A DNA stretch of 64,000 nt, taken from NCBI GenBank assembly GCA_051294905.1, contig CM119372.1:33358001-33422000 (forward strand), written 5' to 3'. Shown piece by piece: positions 23,701-36,735 of this stretch (its first letter is position 1; every line of letters starts with the position of its first letter). Both the position numbers and the translations under genes were made by a program. Origin of the DNA: Botryllus schlosseri. Lineage: Eukaryota. The notes beneath the pieces were generated by a model that saw only the letters and a program-made list of their open reading frames with translations, had not been told where the DNA came from and ran no database searches.

Positions 23701-26700
23701 TAATCAAGTCCCTGCATTAATTCGATTTTTAGTAAGCTTTTTATCAATATTTTTTTAATCTGTTTCTTTAGACTCTCGCGGGCCGCACAGAACGGTGTTG
23801 CGGGCCGCATGCGGCCCGCGGGCCGTAGTTTGCCCACCCCTGCACTAAGCTATCTCGCCACACATATCTTCCGCGTACGTTCTCTCAAATTGTTAATGTC
23901 GGGTGTCGTATCAGTTGATTGCGTCTCAATGCATCCGCGATAAAACATTAGTGTGATAAATATCCTGTCCATCTAATATTTTAATCGTGAATATGCCTAT
24001 CATGGTGCCCTCCTAACACCTACCAGAAACTGCGTTATGACCTGCTCGAACGCCCGCATTACTTATTTCGCGTCATTTATGGCGATTTTCAGTTGACCTT
24101 GTCCATTAGCCTAGCTGGCAAAGCGGTAAAGGAGGACGAATTACTAAAAAGGAGGACATTTAGGCGTCCTCGGAGGACATTTTCGATGTCCTGAAAAAGG
24201 AGGACGAATCCTCCTTAAGGAGGACATATATGGTAACCCTACGTTTGGAGACGGCCCGTTAAAAATCTATTGTTTCTTAGTGAGTTGGGCTGGGCATAAC
24301 GATTCGAAAATTCGAATCCTAATCGAGTGTCAATTTTGATGATTCGAGCCGAGTAGCGAGAGGCTATGTTTCGAGTTCCGAAATTATTCGCCTCTTATTA
24401 TTATTTTGCGACAGTTATCGGTTCAATACCTTATTCTCACACAAGGCGCTTTGAAATCTCAATGCAATATAGCATATTATTTAAAATATGAAACGACATT
24501 TCGGTGTATCGTATAGTTTTCGCACTGCAGTAGGCTATATCAGATCGCCACGACAAGTTACTGCCAACAACTTGGAAATATCTGTGATTATTTCATATTC
24601 ACGCCGTGGTCATATATAGAGTACCTACTTGGACAATTCAAATCTTCATTAGTGGTATGTCGTATCTGAATACCTGCTTGTAATCGAATCACACAGGCAT
24701 TCGATCTTGCCCAGGAATGAGATGTCAACTCTCGCATCACACAAAACTATTTCAACGATGTCACTATACAAAACTACAGATGAAATTATAACAAAATGAT
24801 CTTATCTATTCATTATATGCAGCCGAAATTCAAATTCAATATCTATTCACCGACGAAAAACGAGCCGCATTACAAGAGAAGTTTCGCCGAAGAACGGGTG
24901 CTTTAACGTTTGTCGTAGAGAACGCAGTCTTACTGACATGGATAGAGCCTATGGTAATCGCCTTGTTCAGGTGGAAATCATTCTCTGGTCACAAATGTTA
25001 TTGTAACATTCACAGGGTAACGCGTACCGCCTGTACATTGCGACGGGTATTAATGAAAGAACGTACGTTTTGTACGATTTCGACAATGTGACGCGGGTAG
25101 ACGACGCATTTGGATACGCGTTGGTACGTATGGGCGTTATTACGTCAAAATGCCGTACAGTAACGGCGCGTTATAATTTGCAGTCTGGCGTGTTTGCGAT
25201 TGAAGACGGCTCCATTTTGTGTCCGGTGGAGTTGGAGGGTTCCGGAACGCCGGCAATACGGAATGTGTCGAACTTTCATTTGAGAGTGGATTTGCCGCTA
25301 GCATGCGATTCATTCAGTAAGTTCGATCCACACTTTGATGGTACTTGGGCTAAATGATTTTTTTACAATACCATATTGAATTGATGCTTCGTGGCCTAAA
25401 TCTAGCCCCAAATCTGGCAATGTGGAGTATAATCTACCAAACGACTCCAATGTCGATACAGTGAAAAAGTCACATGGATCCGATCCTCCTCGATAAGATC
25501 GAAAATCCCGATCTAAGCCGGATTTCTTTCCACATTTATAGTAATTTGAAATTGCGGATCTCCAAAATACTGTTTACATTGGCCAATGAACGCTTAACAT
25601 TTAATGTTACGTGCTCACAGTGTAATGTATCCTTGACAAGATGCCACGGGCTGCGTCGAGATGAGATGTAGTAATATGATGGTATAAAAAGAATTGAAAC
25701 TTTGCGAGTAAGAAAACCAGTAGGAGAAGATTCGGAACGTTACACCCATCCGGATACGGCTCTCCAAGAAAAAAATCATGTCCTATTGCAAAAACGGATT
25801 CATATACGACTATAATTCAAATAAAAAAGCAGGATCCTCTACATATCAGACGATGGTATGGTCCCTATTGCGATAGGGGAAGGGTTGGCTTATGAGGTAA
25901 ACAGGTAACACTAAAACAACACCTTGAAATTCTAGATTAGTCCATCTATCATAACATTTGTCAATTGTTGTCGTTAGCATAGCGTCGCATCATTTTACAA
26001 TTTTATCCGTCATAACTAAGAGTATTTGAGAATAGCTCAACCCCAATCAAAATGTAGTAAAAAAATTGGTCAATACTGCAGTTACCTCAGATTTCCGTCG
26101 TAATTTTTAACCTGGTCCTGAGACTCATAAATAGCGACCCCATTGGAATACGATGTCAAGATCACGAATTTTTACATGAATCACGAGCCTATTCAATGTT
26201 GAGTTATTATTATATGGATTACATGCAGTCACTATGGCTTGGAATCACAAGCTCGCTATTTAGTCAAGTACATCGATATCAAGCGGTTGATTTATCTTAA
26301 GATAATCGGATTCTAGTTATTTCGAGTAATTACATCGGATGTTCTAAATATAAAACGCTCTTTTTGCTGCTGAGATACCTGTTTACCTATGTTCAAAAGT
26401 CTTGAAGCACCGATGAAAGATGTGGGGGAAATTTTGTAGTAATTTCAACTAGACCATTTTACTGGTTAATTTTACTGCAATTTGACGTCATGCTCTAATA
26501 TTGAAAATGTAAGAGGTAAATGGTTCCGCATGAATAGCGCACCGACGAGTATAATATAAGTTAATGATATGCCGGCTGGCCTAAAGATATTATTTTCAGT
26601 AATAATACTGTATTAATCTGGCACCGAAACCTCTAATTACGATCTTAGAACAATCATTTGAAATTTATAGTCCTATAAAATTCTACTTCAACCAAGAGAA

Positions 26701-29700
26701 AAGTTGTTCAACTGTCAAATGTGGAAACCTTACCGACTTATCTAGACAAATTGCCTATTAATATTGGGCCAAGATGTCCAGAATAAGATCAGACGCCAAC
26801 GCGCATATTTGCTGCCTATTCGCACTTTTGTGTCGTATCGAAAGCCACCATCTTGATCAGGGATTCGGAACATTTGGTTTAATCCGGGCAATAAAATATA
26901 GTTAACCTGACATTTGACCCTGTCGTCTAAGCTGCAATCACATTTAGAAGGATTCCAAGCAGTGTCAGATTATATCGATGCCTTTTCCAAATACTAAGAT
27001 TTCTTCCGCGAATTTAATGGAGTTAAATACGCAACATCCATTTACGTACAAGAAAATTGTTGAACTTGACGAACTTATAATTCGCGTAAATGAAAGTTAA
27101 TCTGCTCAAGCTTATGAGATGCGTTTCCTTGCATGTTGCACAATATTGACTGACGAGAAAATGGGAAAAGCGATTGACGTGATATGGCAGCGATTCTTCG
27201 ACCTTTTAGCCCGTGATCCAAATCTCAGTTTTATTGGCATCTCGCGACCCAAGCCTTACACGTGAAAAATAATACATTTTATATTTTATATGTTTTCTAC
27301 GGGCATGTATGATATAGCGACAGCAAATTACAAGGATGGGACTATTAGGTGCCGACCATTTCGACGACCTGTCATATCAATTCCAAAGGTTTTGGACAAC
27401 CAGCAACGGTCACTGTCCATTTGGACCAAGGTTTTTTGTCGTCTCCGATCTTTTTCGTATCGCACATGCCCAGCCGCATGTTGGCCAAAACTTCATATCT
27501 TCATGTTTACTGGCGGTGATGGGGATGGCCTTGAAATACCTGTGTTTCACATTTCCGCGCTCGCTCGTTGCACACCCCGACATTAGAGCATCCCAACGGT
27601 CTCCGAAAGTGTTTTCCAGAGAAATCAATGTCGCACAAATCTTATCATGAATTCAAACCAATTTGTGTAATGCAAGGGTCGGCACATTTTCATGATGGAG
27701 CCGTAATGTAAAAGCCGTAATGTAGACTTTTCTATGTATCTCGCTTATTGGCTATAGTACAGACTTGGACAACTGGAAAATGTTCAGCTTTTCCGAATTA
27801 GATTAGAATTAGAATTAGAGTTACACAGTTTTTCCAAATTACATCAAAACTAGAATTAGAGCTACACGGATTTTTCCAGATTAGATTTGAATTAGAATTA
27901 GAGCTACACAGTTGTTTCCAAATTAAATTAAAATTAGAATTAGAATTACTGAATTCACGAAATCTTGGAAATTGAACGAAATTGGGAATAAGAAATGAAT
28001 ACAGCAAAAATCAAGTTCAGTTCACATCTAATTACAGTGCATTCCCTTACGCATGAGAATGGTTAACGTATGTCAGTGTTGGGATGACTCGACTCGAGTC
28101 ACCTTTTTCGCATGACTTGACCTGTCTCTAGTCACTTTGCCAAAATGACTTGACTTGACTTGACGTTTCAAAAATGCATATTGACTCGTGACTCGGAGAA
28201 AAATTTACCGGTCAATTTCAAGTTATCAAGTAATTTGTGTCGATAAAAATCGCTGTATCTTTCATATGTTCGGATTGTTCTCGATACGCTGGTGTGACCT
28301 GTGAGAGCGACCAAAGTCATTTATTCAATGATTTCCCATTTTACTGAACCTCCATGTCCTATCACAAATAAATTGACCGCATGCGAAGTGATTGGACCTT
28401 ACAGCGTACGTTTTCGTTAACGTAAGAAAGCAGTATAATAGCAAAGTATCCATCTCTGTGCTAAAGACTATGGTCATTGGTGCCCGGTGCTTAACATAAC
28501 GTTTAACCAAACCTCTTGCATGATTTAAATTAAATCTGAAGCAATAATCTTATTTTTTTCTTGATATAGTTGAGAGCGTGGAATTGAACAAGCTTGTGTT
28601 AACTATCTCTGTTTCTTCGCTGCTGTGCTGCTTGTGATCGAAACTAGAATGATGTTCGCAGACTACCAGCTACTATGCCTGCATGACTATTCGTCACACT
28701 AACTACTATGATTGTGCTTTCATTTAAGTAATGCGATGGCGGCTTGGCACTGGATTTTTACTGTGCGAGAAGGATATTCTTGGTAACTCGCTGCAAAATG
28801 CGGCGGACGAATAGGCATTTTCAGGAGAACAATAAATTAGATTACAATTAAAATTATAACGTAGGAGCATTTCACAAATTACATTAGGATTAGAATCAGA
28901 GCATATGATCAATTCACAAATTAGATTAGAATTAGAGCATGGAAACATTTTACAAATTAGATAAGAATTAGATTTCTAGCATCTTGCTCAAATTTAGTGA
29001 AATTATCTAGTTGTCCAAGTCTGCCATAGTAGGCTACCCGGCACGCTGACTTCGGATTTGCACAAATTATATCAACAACCTATTTCTAGATTTCGGACAT
29101 TATCAACTCGTTAAAGCTGTATGCAATGCAACTGGTATATGAAGTGTTAAAATTTGTTTACTGTCTTTTAGGATGGACAGCAATATGGTTTGGCTCATTG
29201 TACTTCAGGGGTTGTTAAACTGTGGGGCGTGAAAGTGAGGCGATAACTGTTTGCAGATCAGACTTTATAACCAGGAACGTAATTGCCTCACCAATACCGT
29301 CCAATTGGGAGGCCAAGCTTGCGCTGCATGAGATTACGTGTAACTAGATATATTGTTCTTATTATAGCCTCGCAAAAAAAAAAAACGCTCAAAATGAATA
29401 AAAAAAGGCGTAGTATATTAAAAATAAGTCCAATTTTATTCGCTATTCTGGGAAAACGGTATATTCCTATAGTGTCGCGTTACGCCACTTGGGTGCTTCA
29501 TTCAAAGTCAGGGGTTTTCTACCTGGGGATTAGGGCCGCTCGGGGTCGTTTGCCATTTTCTGGAGATCGCTGAACGCGATCAGCTTCTAAAATAGGTCAG
29601 CGTTTTTAGGAGGCTGACAAATTGCTGTTTGGCCTATTATCATAGCCGACAATGCCTAATTTAAAACTTGTCTGCTACGATCATTAAGAAAACTATAAGG

Positions 29701-32700
29701 CAGCGAAAACAGCAGGAAAATAGGGCAACGAGAAGTCTGTTGCAAACCAAATGAGAATACCAACCCTAGCATAGAGATCACCAGAGCTTCAGTCAGAGAC
29801 GGCCCAATAGTCTATAGTTATCATGTTCAAACTCCACACCGGTATACATTGGATAGACGAAGAATTGCTAGTGTTGCGTCACATTGACACTATAATGAGC
29901 ACTAAAGAGTATCCGGATTTCGCGCCACGAAAATAAAATTCGTCAGTGATATTAGTAGTTGTACATATTACTATCAAACCTTTAACTTGTGATCAGATTT
30001 ACCAGTAGAATTGAATATTGATGGAGGGGGTGCTTCCAAACACTTAGGGCAAGTTATAACTGATCATGGATCTACGGTGGGCCAATTGTTATTAGTCCCT
30101 TTTTTGCGTGCTGTTGTTTACTAACCTCCCATAAGGATTGTCGGTGTAATGGAAAGATATTGGAATCGCCCAAACTTACCAGAAATAAATTGCTTTCGTG
30201 AGGGGAACACGATTCCAAGTTGGTATTTCTGTATGGGGCGCATATGGGTGGCGAGATAGCGCAGTGGTATAATCCTCAGTTGCAACACCAATGGGTTGCG
30301 AGTTCGAGTCCGACCGAGGTCGACTCCAGAATTTCTACCAATGTGTTGGAGGTTTATCTTGGCTCCTCCTCGCCATCTCATCCGCTTATGCGGTGTCTTA
30401 TAGAAGCCAGAAGTTGGTCGTGCTACAAGTCCATAGCTACGGAATAAAACTGAATAAAATCGGCCTGGTGTAAATGACCATAGTAGTCGACAAACACCAT
30501 GAACACCACACAACAACAATATGGGTCGCATCATTTCCATCTCTTGTTCGCATATGTACTGAAGGGCTCAGATTGCAAATGCGCTACTATGTTAAAATTG
30601 AAAAATGAAGTCGCATTGAATCGCGCGCTTCGCAAAGAAAACTTAAAGATTAATTAAAATCTCTCAAAAATTTGGGAGGTAATTCGCAAATTCAATTCGC
30701 AGGTCGACGGCCGCCAACACATACTACTTGAATTACGTATCGACGGCCGCACAAATTCCCTTCAACGGCCGCAGGTTGGCCCTGCCCTATATTAAAGGCC
30801 GTAGGTGAAGTTCTAGCTCGTGGACTTATAATGTATATGGAATTATCGAAAGTTATGTGACATGAATCGGAATAAAGTATCGGTCGTGAAGGGTTTAAAT
30901 CTAAGCCGCGACAAAGTTCTATCACAATCTTAGATGTGGAACCAGACGGATAGTTGACATTAGCTAAAATTTGCCGTAATAATTGCAGTTATCATATTAT
31001 TAAAAAATTTCATGGCTATTCGCGTCACCTTTGCTACCAATCATGAAGTTGGAGGTGCAGACAAGTTGTGACAACTATAAAATCGGATCATATATATACA
31101 CCCGCCGCTCTTTTAATACGTAATTCCACTTGATGGCACAGAATGGTCTGCCTTACATTTGACTGTGTGATTGCCTTTGTTAAGAATTGTGTAGTTAGTT
31201 GCATGGGCCACTAGACATGCCGGTTCGAAAGAGCGAGAGAGAGAGAGAGAGAGGAGGGAGAGAGAGAGAGATTTGGCGTTTAATCTGGGGAAGTTAAATC
31301 GTCGACATCACCCTCACGTTTGCACCGGTATTGTCGGTCAACGGGTCACCAGAATGTCGGATTAGGAAAATAGTGTATCGGAAGAAGGAAGATATAGAAA
31401 TCCCGATTTGAGTGTTCGCAACCTTTCGCACGATAAGAGCGTAAAATTTTGTTTAATATGTCGTTTTATCATTAAATTATATAGCACCAATTTCCAGCAT
31501 TTATTTCGCTAGATAGTATATTTTTCTACTCGGAGTCTCATGTTCAAAAGTACGCCAGAAAGCACAGATTTACGGATTATGCATTGTAAATATTCCGTTG
31601 GAGACATTGCATTGATACCGATCACTTTGACATTGAAGTTTTGTAATAACTCATGTGTCATAAAACGAGATATGCAGCCTACTGCAACTGATTGTGTGTG
31701 CCTCGTTTATATCTTACGTGTCAGAAAAAAAAAGTATCATGTGAACATTGAAAATGAATTTTTTGGAAATGGGTCGTGAGGCGTTTATAGAACTGATAGT
31801 TGTGTTGCGGTCTAAACATGTGTTTCAGGATGCATGTACCAGTGTTGGGATCAAGTCACTACCTTCGAGTCACGAGTCATTTCGAGTCATTGCACATTTT
31901 GACTCGAGTCAAGTCAAGTCAATCGATTTTCGAAGATGACTCGAGTCAAGTCAAGTCAGTCGATTTTTGGAGGTGACTCGAGTCAAGTCGAGTCAAGTCA
32001 AGTCAAGTCACGAGTCAAGTCACAATTCAAGTCAAATTGCCTTTTGAGGTATGAGGCGTGATTACGTCATTGTATTTGAACCGATGAAGGGATATAGTTG
32101 AATATACACGCAAGTGAGGCGCTGTATCGCTCACATATAAGTAGAACTAATATACTACGTAAGGAATTGCTCAGCCTCAGTTTATAGTTACCAGCCAAAA
32201 TAGAGAATAGAGAAACGAATTGATAAGATGTAATACATTACCCTTTTGCAAATTGATATGATACAATTCGAGCCTGCGCCAATGGTTGAGGACTATATAA
32301 ACTATTTTTAAATTCAATTTCAATAAAACAAGAGGTTTGGTTGTTAAGTTAAGAACACAGGACAGGAATAGACATTTTGGTATAAAATTACTTTTCTATA
32401 CTATAGTTAAGACAACGTAGGCTGTAAGCTTCGATCACGTCGTTTGCGATCAATATATTTGTGAGAGAACAATGGAGGCTCAGGAAAACGCACGATCATT
32501 GAATGATTGGCCGCTCTCACGGGTTACACCAGCGCTGCGCGAGCAATCCGAACATATGCAATGTTTTTATCGACACCGATTACTTGATGACTTGAAATTG
32601 ACTCGTGAATTTTACTCCGAGTCACGGGTCAATCCACATTTCTGATACGCCGAGTCAAGTCAAGTCAAGTCATTTTAGCAAAGTGACTCGAGTCAAGTCA

Positions 32701-33074
32701 AGTCATACGAAAAAGTGACTCGAGTCTGACTCGAGTCAAGTTATGACTCGAGTCATCCCAACACTGGCATGTACTACGTGTTTTTGGCATATACATTGAT
32801 TTCAGATATATCCTGCAACACCACGAACAACGCCACAGAAGAGATGCAGAGACAATTATCCGCGGAATGGGAAGGACACTTCTTCGAGACGCTGTCCGTA
32901 ACCGAATGGACCTTCTATCGCTTGTACATGTGTACGCCGAGACTCACAAAAGAAGACGGCACAATCGCCATCAAGGAAAAGTGCCAATATGACCCTGATT
33001 ATTACGAATACTCCTGGAGCTCCATAAAAGATGCTGATAAATGCAGCGTGCCAAGTCCAATTGCTACACGTTGA
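20794..33074 (+). CDS. Probable secreted NIDO-domain-like protein, ~349 aa; join(20794-21024,21083-21200,24823-24953,25016-25316,32806-33074)
   Basis: All introns are GT-AG with compatible phases (0,1,0,1); total 1050 nt open. Hydrophobic N-terminal segment IFTYFFLLVCLPIFHA. Ordered NIDO/nidogen-G1-like motifs: IELPFSIRLFG..FSAVY|INSVGGVSF, IIFAPLL, AVLLTW, NAYRLYIATG..RTYVLYDF, FHLRVD. Further exons in the 7.5-kb intron cannot be excluded. Upstream acceptor at ~20731 and donor at 19106 suggest a 5' UTR exon. Confidence 0.75.
21402..22242 (-). mobile_element. tRNA-derived SINE (family A) interrupted by hAT MITE 21646-22225
   Basis: Reverse-complement match to the 30250-30518 SINE including the (CAA)n tail. 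MITE has TIR CAGTGGTTC/GAACCACTG and TSD CAATACGC/CCTTACGC. Confidence 0.85.
22393..23859 (-). mobile_element. tRNA-derived SINE (family A) interrupted by hAT MITE 22658-23842
   Basis: Reconstituted head GGCGAGATAGCTTAGTGGTA...GGGTTCGAATCC. MITE has TIR CAGGGGTGGGCAAAC/GTTTGCCCACCCCTG and perfect TSD CACTAAGC. Imperfect SINE TSD ATATATCGTCCG/ACATATCTTCCG. Confidence 0.9.
27760..29023. mobile_element. hAT-type MITE with (ATTAGA)n arrays, containing a partial GACTCGAGTC-family copy (~28074-28520)
   Basis: TIR CAGACTTGGACAACT/AGTTGTCCAAGTCTG; TSD CTATAGTA/CCATAGTA. Confidence 0.85.
30250..30518 (+). mobile_element. Full-length tRNA-derived SINE (family A)
   Basis: A box TAGCGCAGTGG, B box GTTCGAGTCC, unique body, (CAA)n tail, perfect TSD ATATGGGT (30242-30249 and 30519-30526). 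Confidence 0.9.
31234..31271. repeat. (GA)n microsatellite
   Basis: Direct reading. Confidence 0.9.
31840..32766 (+). mobile_element. GACTCGAGTC-family MITE, copy 2
   Basis: Same TIRs and interior as 12159-13100; perfect TSD GCATGTAC. Confidence 0.95.
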
Positions 33075-34470
33075 TAAGGTGAGGCTAAATCCAGTAAAAT
33101 TATCGGCGGGTGGACATTAACGAAGTACGTCTGCCTTTACGGAGTACCGCAGTAGATTTTGATTACTCACGCAACTTAGTCAAGAGGATATGTTTTTAGA
33201 CTATACTTCCAATTCTACTTGAACAGTTTTGTTGGCAAATCTACACGGATATATATTCAGTTACCATGATACGGAGCCTTTTACGACTGTCCTTATGACA
33301 ATTTCACTCTTAAAGGTGACGGAAGCATATCTAGAAGTACGTCATTACTGACCATTTCTGACCATTATAAATATTTAAGATGCTTTTACTCTCTTCTTAA
33401 AATACATTGACTTTCATCGTTATTCATTACAAAATTTCCGTTATACCAGTTTGCGAAATTTATTGCTACAAAAACTACACTTGCTTTTCAGGACGGCCGC
33501 GTGATTTGGAAAACGACGAATTACATGGTTGTCACATCGGTTCCATTTACTTACTTATTAAAAATTAATTATTATATCATCCAATAGGCAATCATATTAT
33601 GATGTAAATAGGATTATATCATGATGTCCAGTAAATGCACCATTTTAAAGCCTGGCTACGTGAAATGAATGCTTCTATAGTATAGGCAATAACCTTCCAA
33701 TTCAATCACGCTTTGAAATGTGCATGACCGTAACCAACCAGACAAACGAAACGGAAGCTTATTTTCTCTCTAAATAAATCGAAGTTACAGAAATTTGATG
33801 AAGACTAGCTGGTGATGGCCCGAATGCCCTCGGCTATTCGAATGCTAAAGTTTCGAATTGCCATTGCATTCTAGCCGGTTGATCCCGTCACGCTTCGATA
33901 ATTAACCCATCTCAAAATAGATCACGAAAGACATACACAAATTTGAAGCCAATAAGCAAATTCATCAGTACGCCAGTGGAAGAAGTCCTAGTTAAGAAGC
34001 GTTGCGTTCTAACACTCATCACAGCCATGTCAACTTGGGACAGAAAATTAGGGATTTGAAATGTACCAGGTTAGGCTGCATCATAATACCTTTAGTGAGA
34101 AGCGATGCATGCTAGAAATATACTCACCGATATCTATGAGGCCAAGAACGCTGCACATCTCGTTATTTACGCAAAGTGACAAATTATGGTTCAGTAGATG
34201 TCATTTGCAAATTCTTCTTCGCCGATATGCATGCATGAATCCAACGATAATATGCACACTACTTCGCGATATTCGAAATATGAATTATTAACTGTGACTT
34301 GAAATTAAACATCCGAGTAACGGTATTATCCACAGGCCGCAATCTTTATTTTGTTGATAATTCGATTGATCAAGATGGCAAAGTGTGTTTGCGATAAGTT
34401 TATTTGCATGTCGAATATATGATACGACAGAGCCCGAATAGTCGATTCCCTGCATGACGGGCTTCAGAAG

Positions 34471-34813
34471 GGTGTTCGGTCAATACCGAGAAAACCATTA
34501 CCGAAAATGCCATTACTGAGAATGGACACCACCGAGAATGGACGTTACCGAGAATGGACACGACAGAGGATGAACATTACCGAGAATGGTCACCACCGAG
34601 AATGGACAGTACCGAGAATGCAATATATGCAATGCAGGCATATTATGCATATGAACAGGTCGTGTATGTGCATCACGGCGTTGCCACATTCGGTGTCGAT
34701 TCTCAGGTATAAATTTCTCGACAACTTCCGTCCAAGTAAGCTAGATCTTGACATTGGCCATTCTCGGTAATGTCCATTCTAGGTAATGGTTTTCTCGGTA
34801 TTGGTATACAACC
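34471..34813. mobile_element. Small foldback MITE with GG..CC termini and ACCGAGAATGG subterminal repeats
   Basis: Imperfect long TIR (CAATACCGAGAAAACCATTACC / GGTAATGGTTTTCTCGGTATTG); flanking direct repeat CTTCAGAAG (8-9 bp depending on end assignment). Confidence 0.85.
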
Positions 34814-35320
34814 CTTCAGAAGAAGCTAGACAGGCCTACGTTACGTAAAGGACATACTTGAATGATAATCTTCAGGCTGAGATAAAATGTAGATGAAACT
34901 CTGTTCTACTTCGGCATGAACTAGTAGTCTTCGCGGATTTGATGGCGGGACGCATCCGGTGGTCATGTTCAAATTATCCAGCAATACCTTTCCAATGATG
35001 CCTTGTCGTTATGAGGATAGATTAAGTTTGAGGTTTGAGAAAACGAATATAATGAAAGTGGTCGGATTGGGATTGGATTTTTTGAAAACAGGGCATGGAA
35101 TCGGATAGTTATCAGAGTAGTGATTCTCAAAATGGGCATTAGTGCCCTCTGCAGCGTTAGCGGCCTGACAGACGGAGGTTTTCTATCATATATGCCTGAC
35201 CTAAAGCAGCATCTCTCCCGCTAACCGACGGTCGTCGAGCATGTCCAGATTCAAGTTGAAAAACAAGCAAATCCTACAGTATGAACACTAGTCAGCCGTC
35301 AACATTGTTGGACTTCGATC

Positions 35321-36281
35321 CAGAGTTGGGATGACTCGAGTCATGAGTTGACTCGAGTCAACTTTTTCGTATGACTTGACTTGACTCGAGTCACTTTGCA
35401 AAAATGACTTGACTTGACTTGAGTCGGCGTTTCAGAAATGTGGATTGACTCGTGAATCGGAGCAAAATTTACGAGTCAATTCCAAGTCATCAGTAAGTAA
35501 ATGCAGTCGACTAAATCACTGTATCATGTGTATGTTCGGATAACTCGCGATACGCCGGGGTCACTTGTGACAGTTGTGAGTGCAACTAGTCATTCACTTA
35601 TTATACGTTTGACTTTCACTGGTCCTCCATTGTTACATCACAAATAAATTGACCGCAAACGAAATGATCACAGCTTACGTTTCTGTGGTAGTAGTAGATT
35701 AATCTAATAGCTGTTTCCTTGATGGCGCAGTGCTTACATTGCGCAGTGCTCACCTTTACCAACCTTCTTGTATGATTTGAACCGAATGAATGTAGTATAT
35801 GCGTTTATATTCTCACGGATGTGTAGACGGGTAGTGTATCGTACCATATCAATTTCCTTATACTTCTCGAGGCTTTTATTCGGTCCTCTATTTTGGCTGA
35901 TAATAACAGACCTTAGCGTGTAACTATGCAGTTACTCACGTATTTTATTAGCAGTTCTACGTTTGCATGTATATTTAACTTTATATTCGTTATTTAATTC
36001 AAGTAATAGGCTAATTAATCTGTCTTTCACACAACTGGCAAAATGTTATGAATTTGAATCATCACTCATACTTTGAAAATTCAATTAGACTTGAATTGTG
36101 ACTTGACTCGTGACTTGACTTGACTTGACTCGACTTGACTCGAGTCACCTTAAAAAATCGAGTGACTTGACTTGACTCGAGTCACCTTCGAAAATCGATT
36201 GACTTGACTTGACTCGAGTCAAAATCTGCAATGACTCGAGATGACTCGTGACTCGAAGGTAGTGACTTGATCCCAACACTG
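35321..36281 (-). mobile_element. GACTCGAGTC-family MITE, copy 3 (inverted, more diverged)
   Basis: TIRs present; perfect TSD CTTCGATC. Confidence 0.95.
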
Positions 36282-36399
36282 CTTCGATCTGACATATCAA
36301 AATCACCTATCGACACACGCGTCCATCTTTTTCATCACTATTAGTCCTTTTATGTTATCCTTTATTTATTTCCATCCAGCAGTGCACATGTCTCTTGAT

Positions 36400-36532
36400 T
36401 ACGTCGCCTAGCCCTAGAGGCCCATGTTAGTATCTGATTTTGGAGACTACTCCAAGTCTTTTCGACACCTTCCTGTTCGTTCATTGTATCGCAGTCTTTC
36501 GGTGTTTTGAAATGATGAAAGTTTTAGAAAAC

Positions 36533-36570
<38 letters not shown>
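36400..36570 (+). mobile_element. LINE 3'-end fragment with (TGA)n tail
   Basis: TCTGATTT...TACTCCAAGTC...ACCTTCCT...TTCATTGTATCGCAGTCT is shared with the 3' UTR of the LINE relic at ~59835-59900; (TGA)n at 36532-36570. Confidence 0.6.
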
Positions 36571-36735
36571 GGTGATTTGGGCAGTGGGGATGAAAACATA
36601 AGAGTGCACTAACATCAAACATATGATTACGTGTTCGCATCGTTCGCGGTCGTACAAGACATATTCCATCGGGAAACGTAATCAACGCTCTACCTATAGG
36701 TGTTAGTTGTCATCGAAGATGGTCAGTAACAAGTA

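Noticed and set aside
29172..29245. Possible extra exon of the NIDO-like gene after TTACTGTCTTTTAG
   Set aside because: In the required phase 1 it meets a stop within ~15 codons and runs into a MITE-like end; no convincing donor.
30250..30325. Functional tRNA genes here and at 22600-23859, 49197 and 62494
   Set aside because: A and B boxes are present but acceptor and anticodon stems do not pair; each continues into a shared SINE body and tail.
36481..36669. Poly-His protein ORF
   Set aside because: Antisense reading of a (TGA)n LINE tail.
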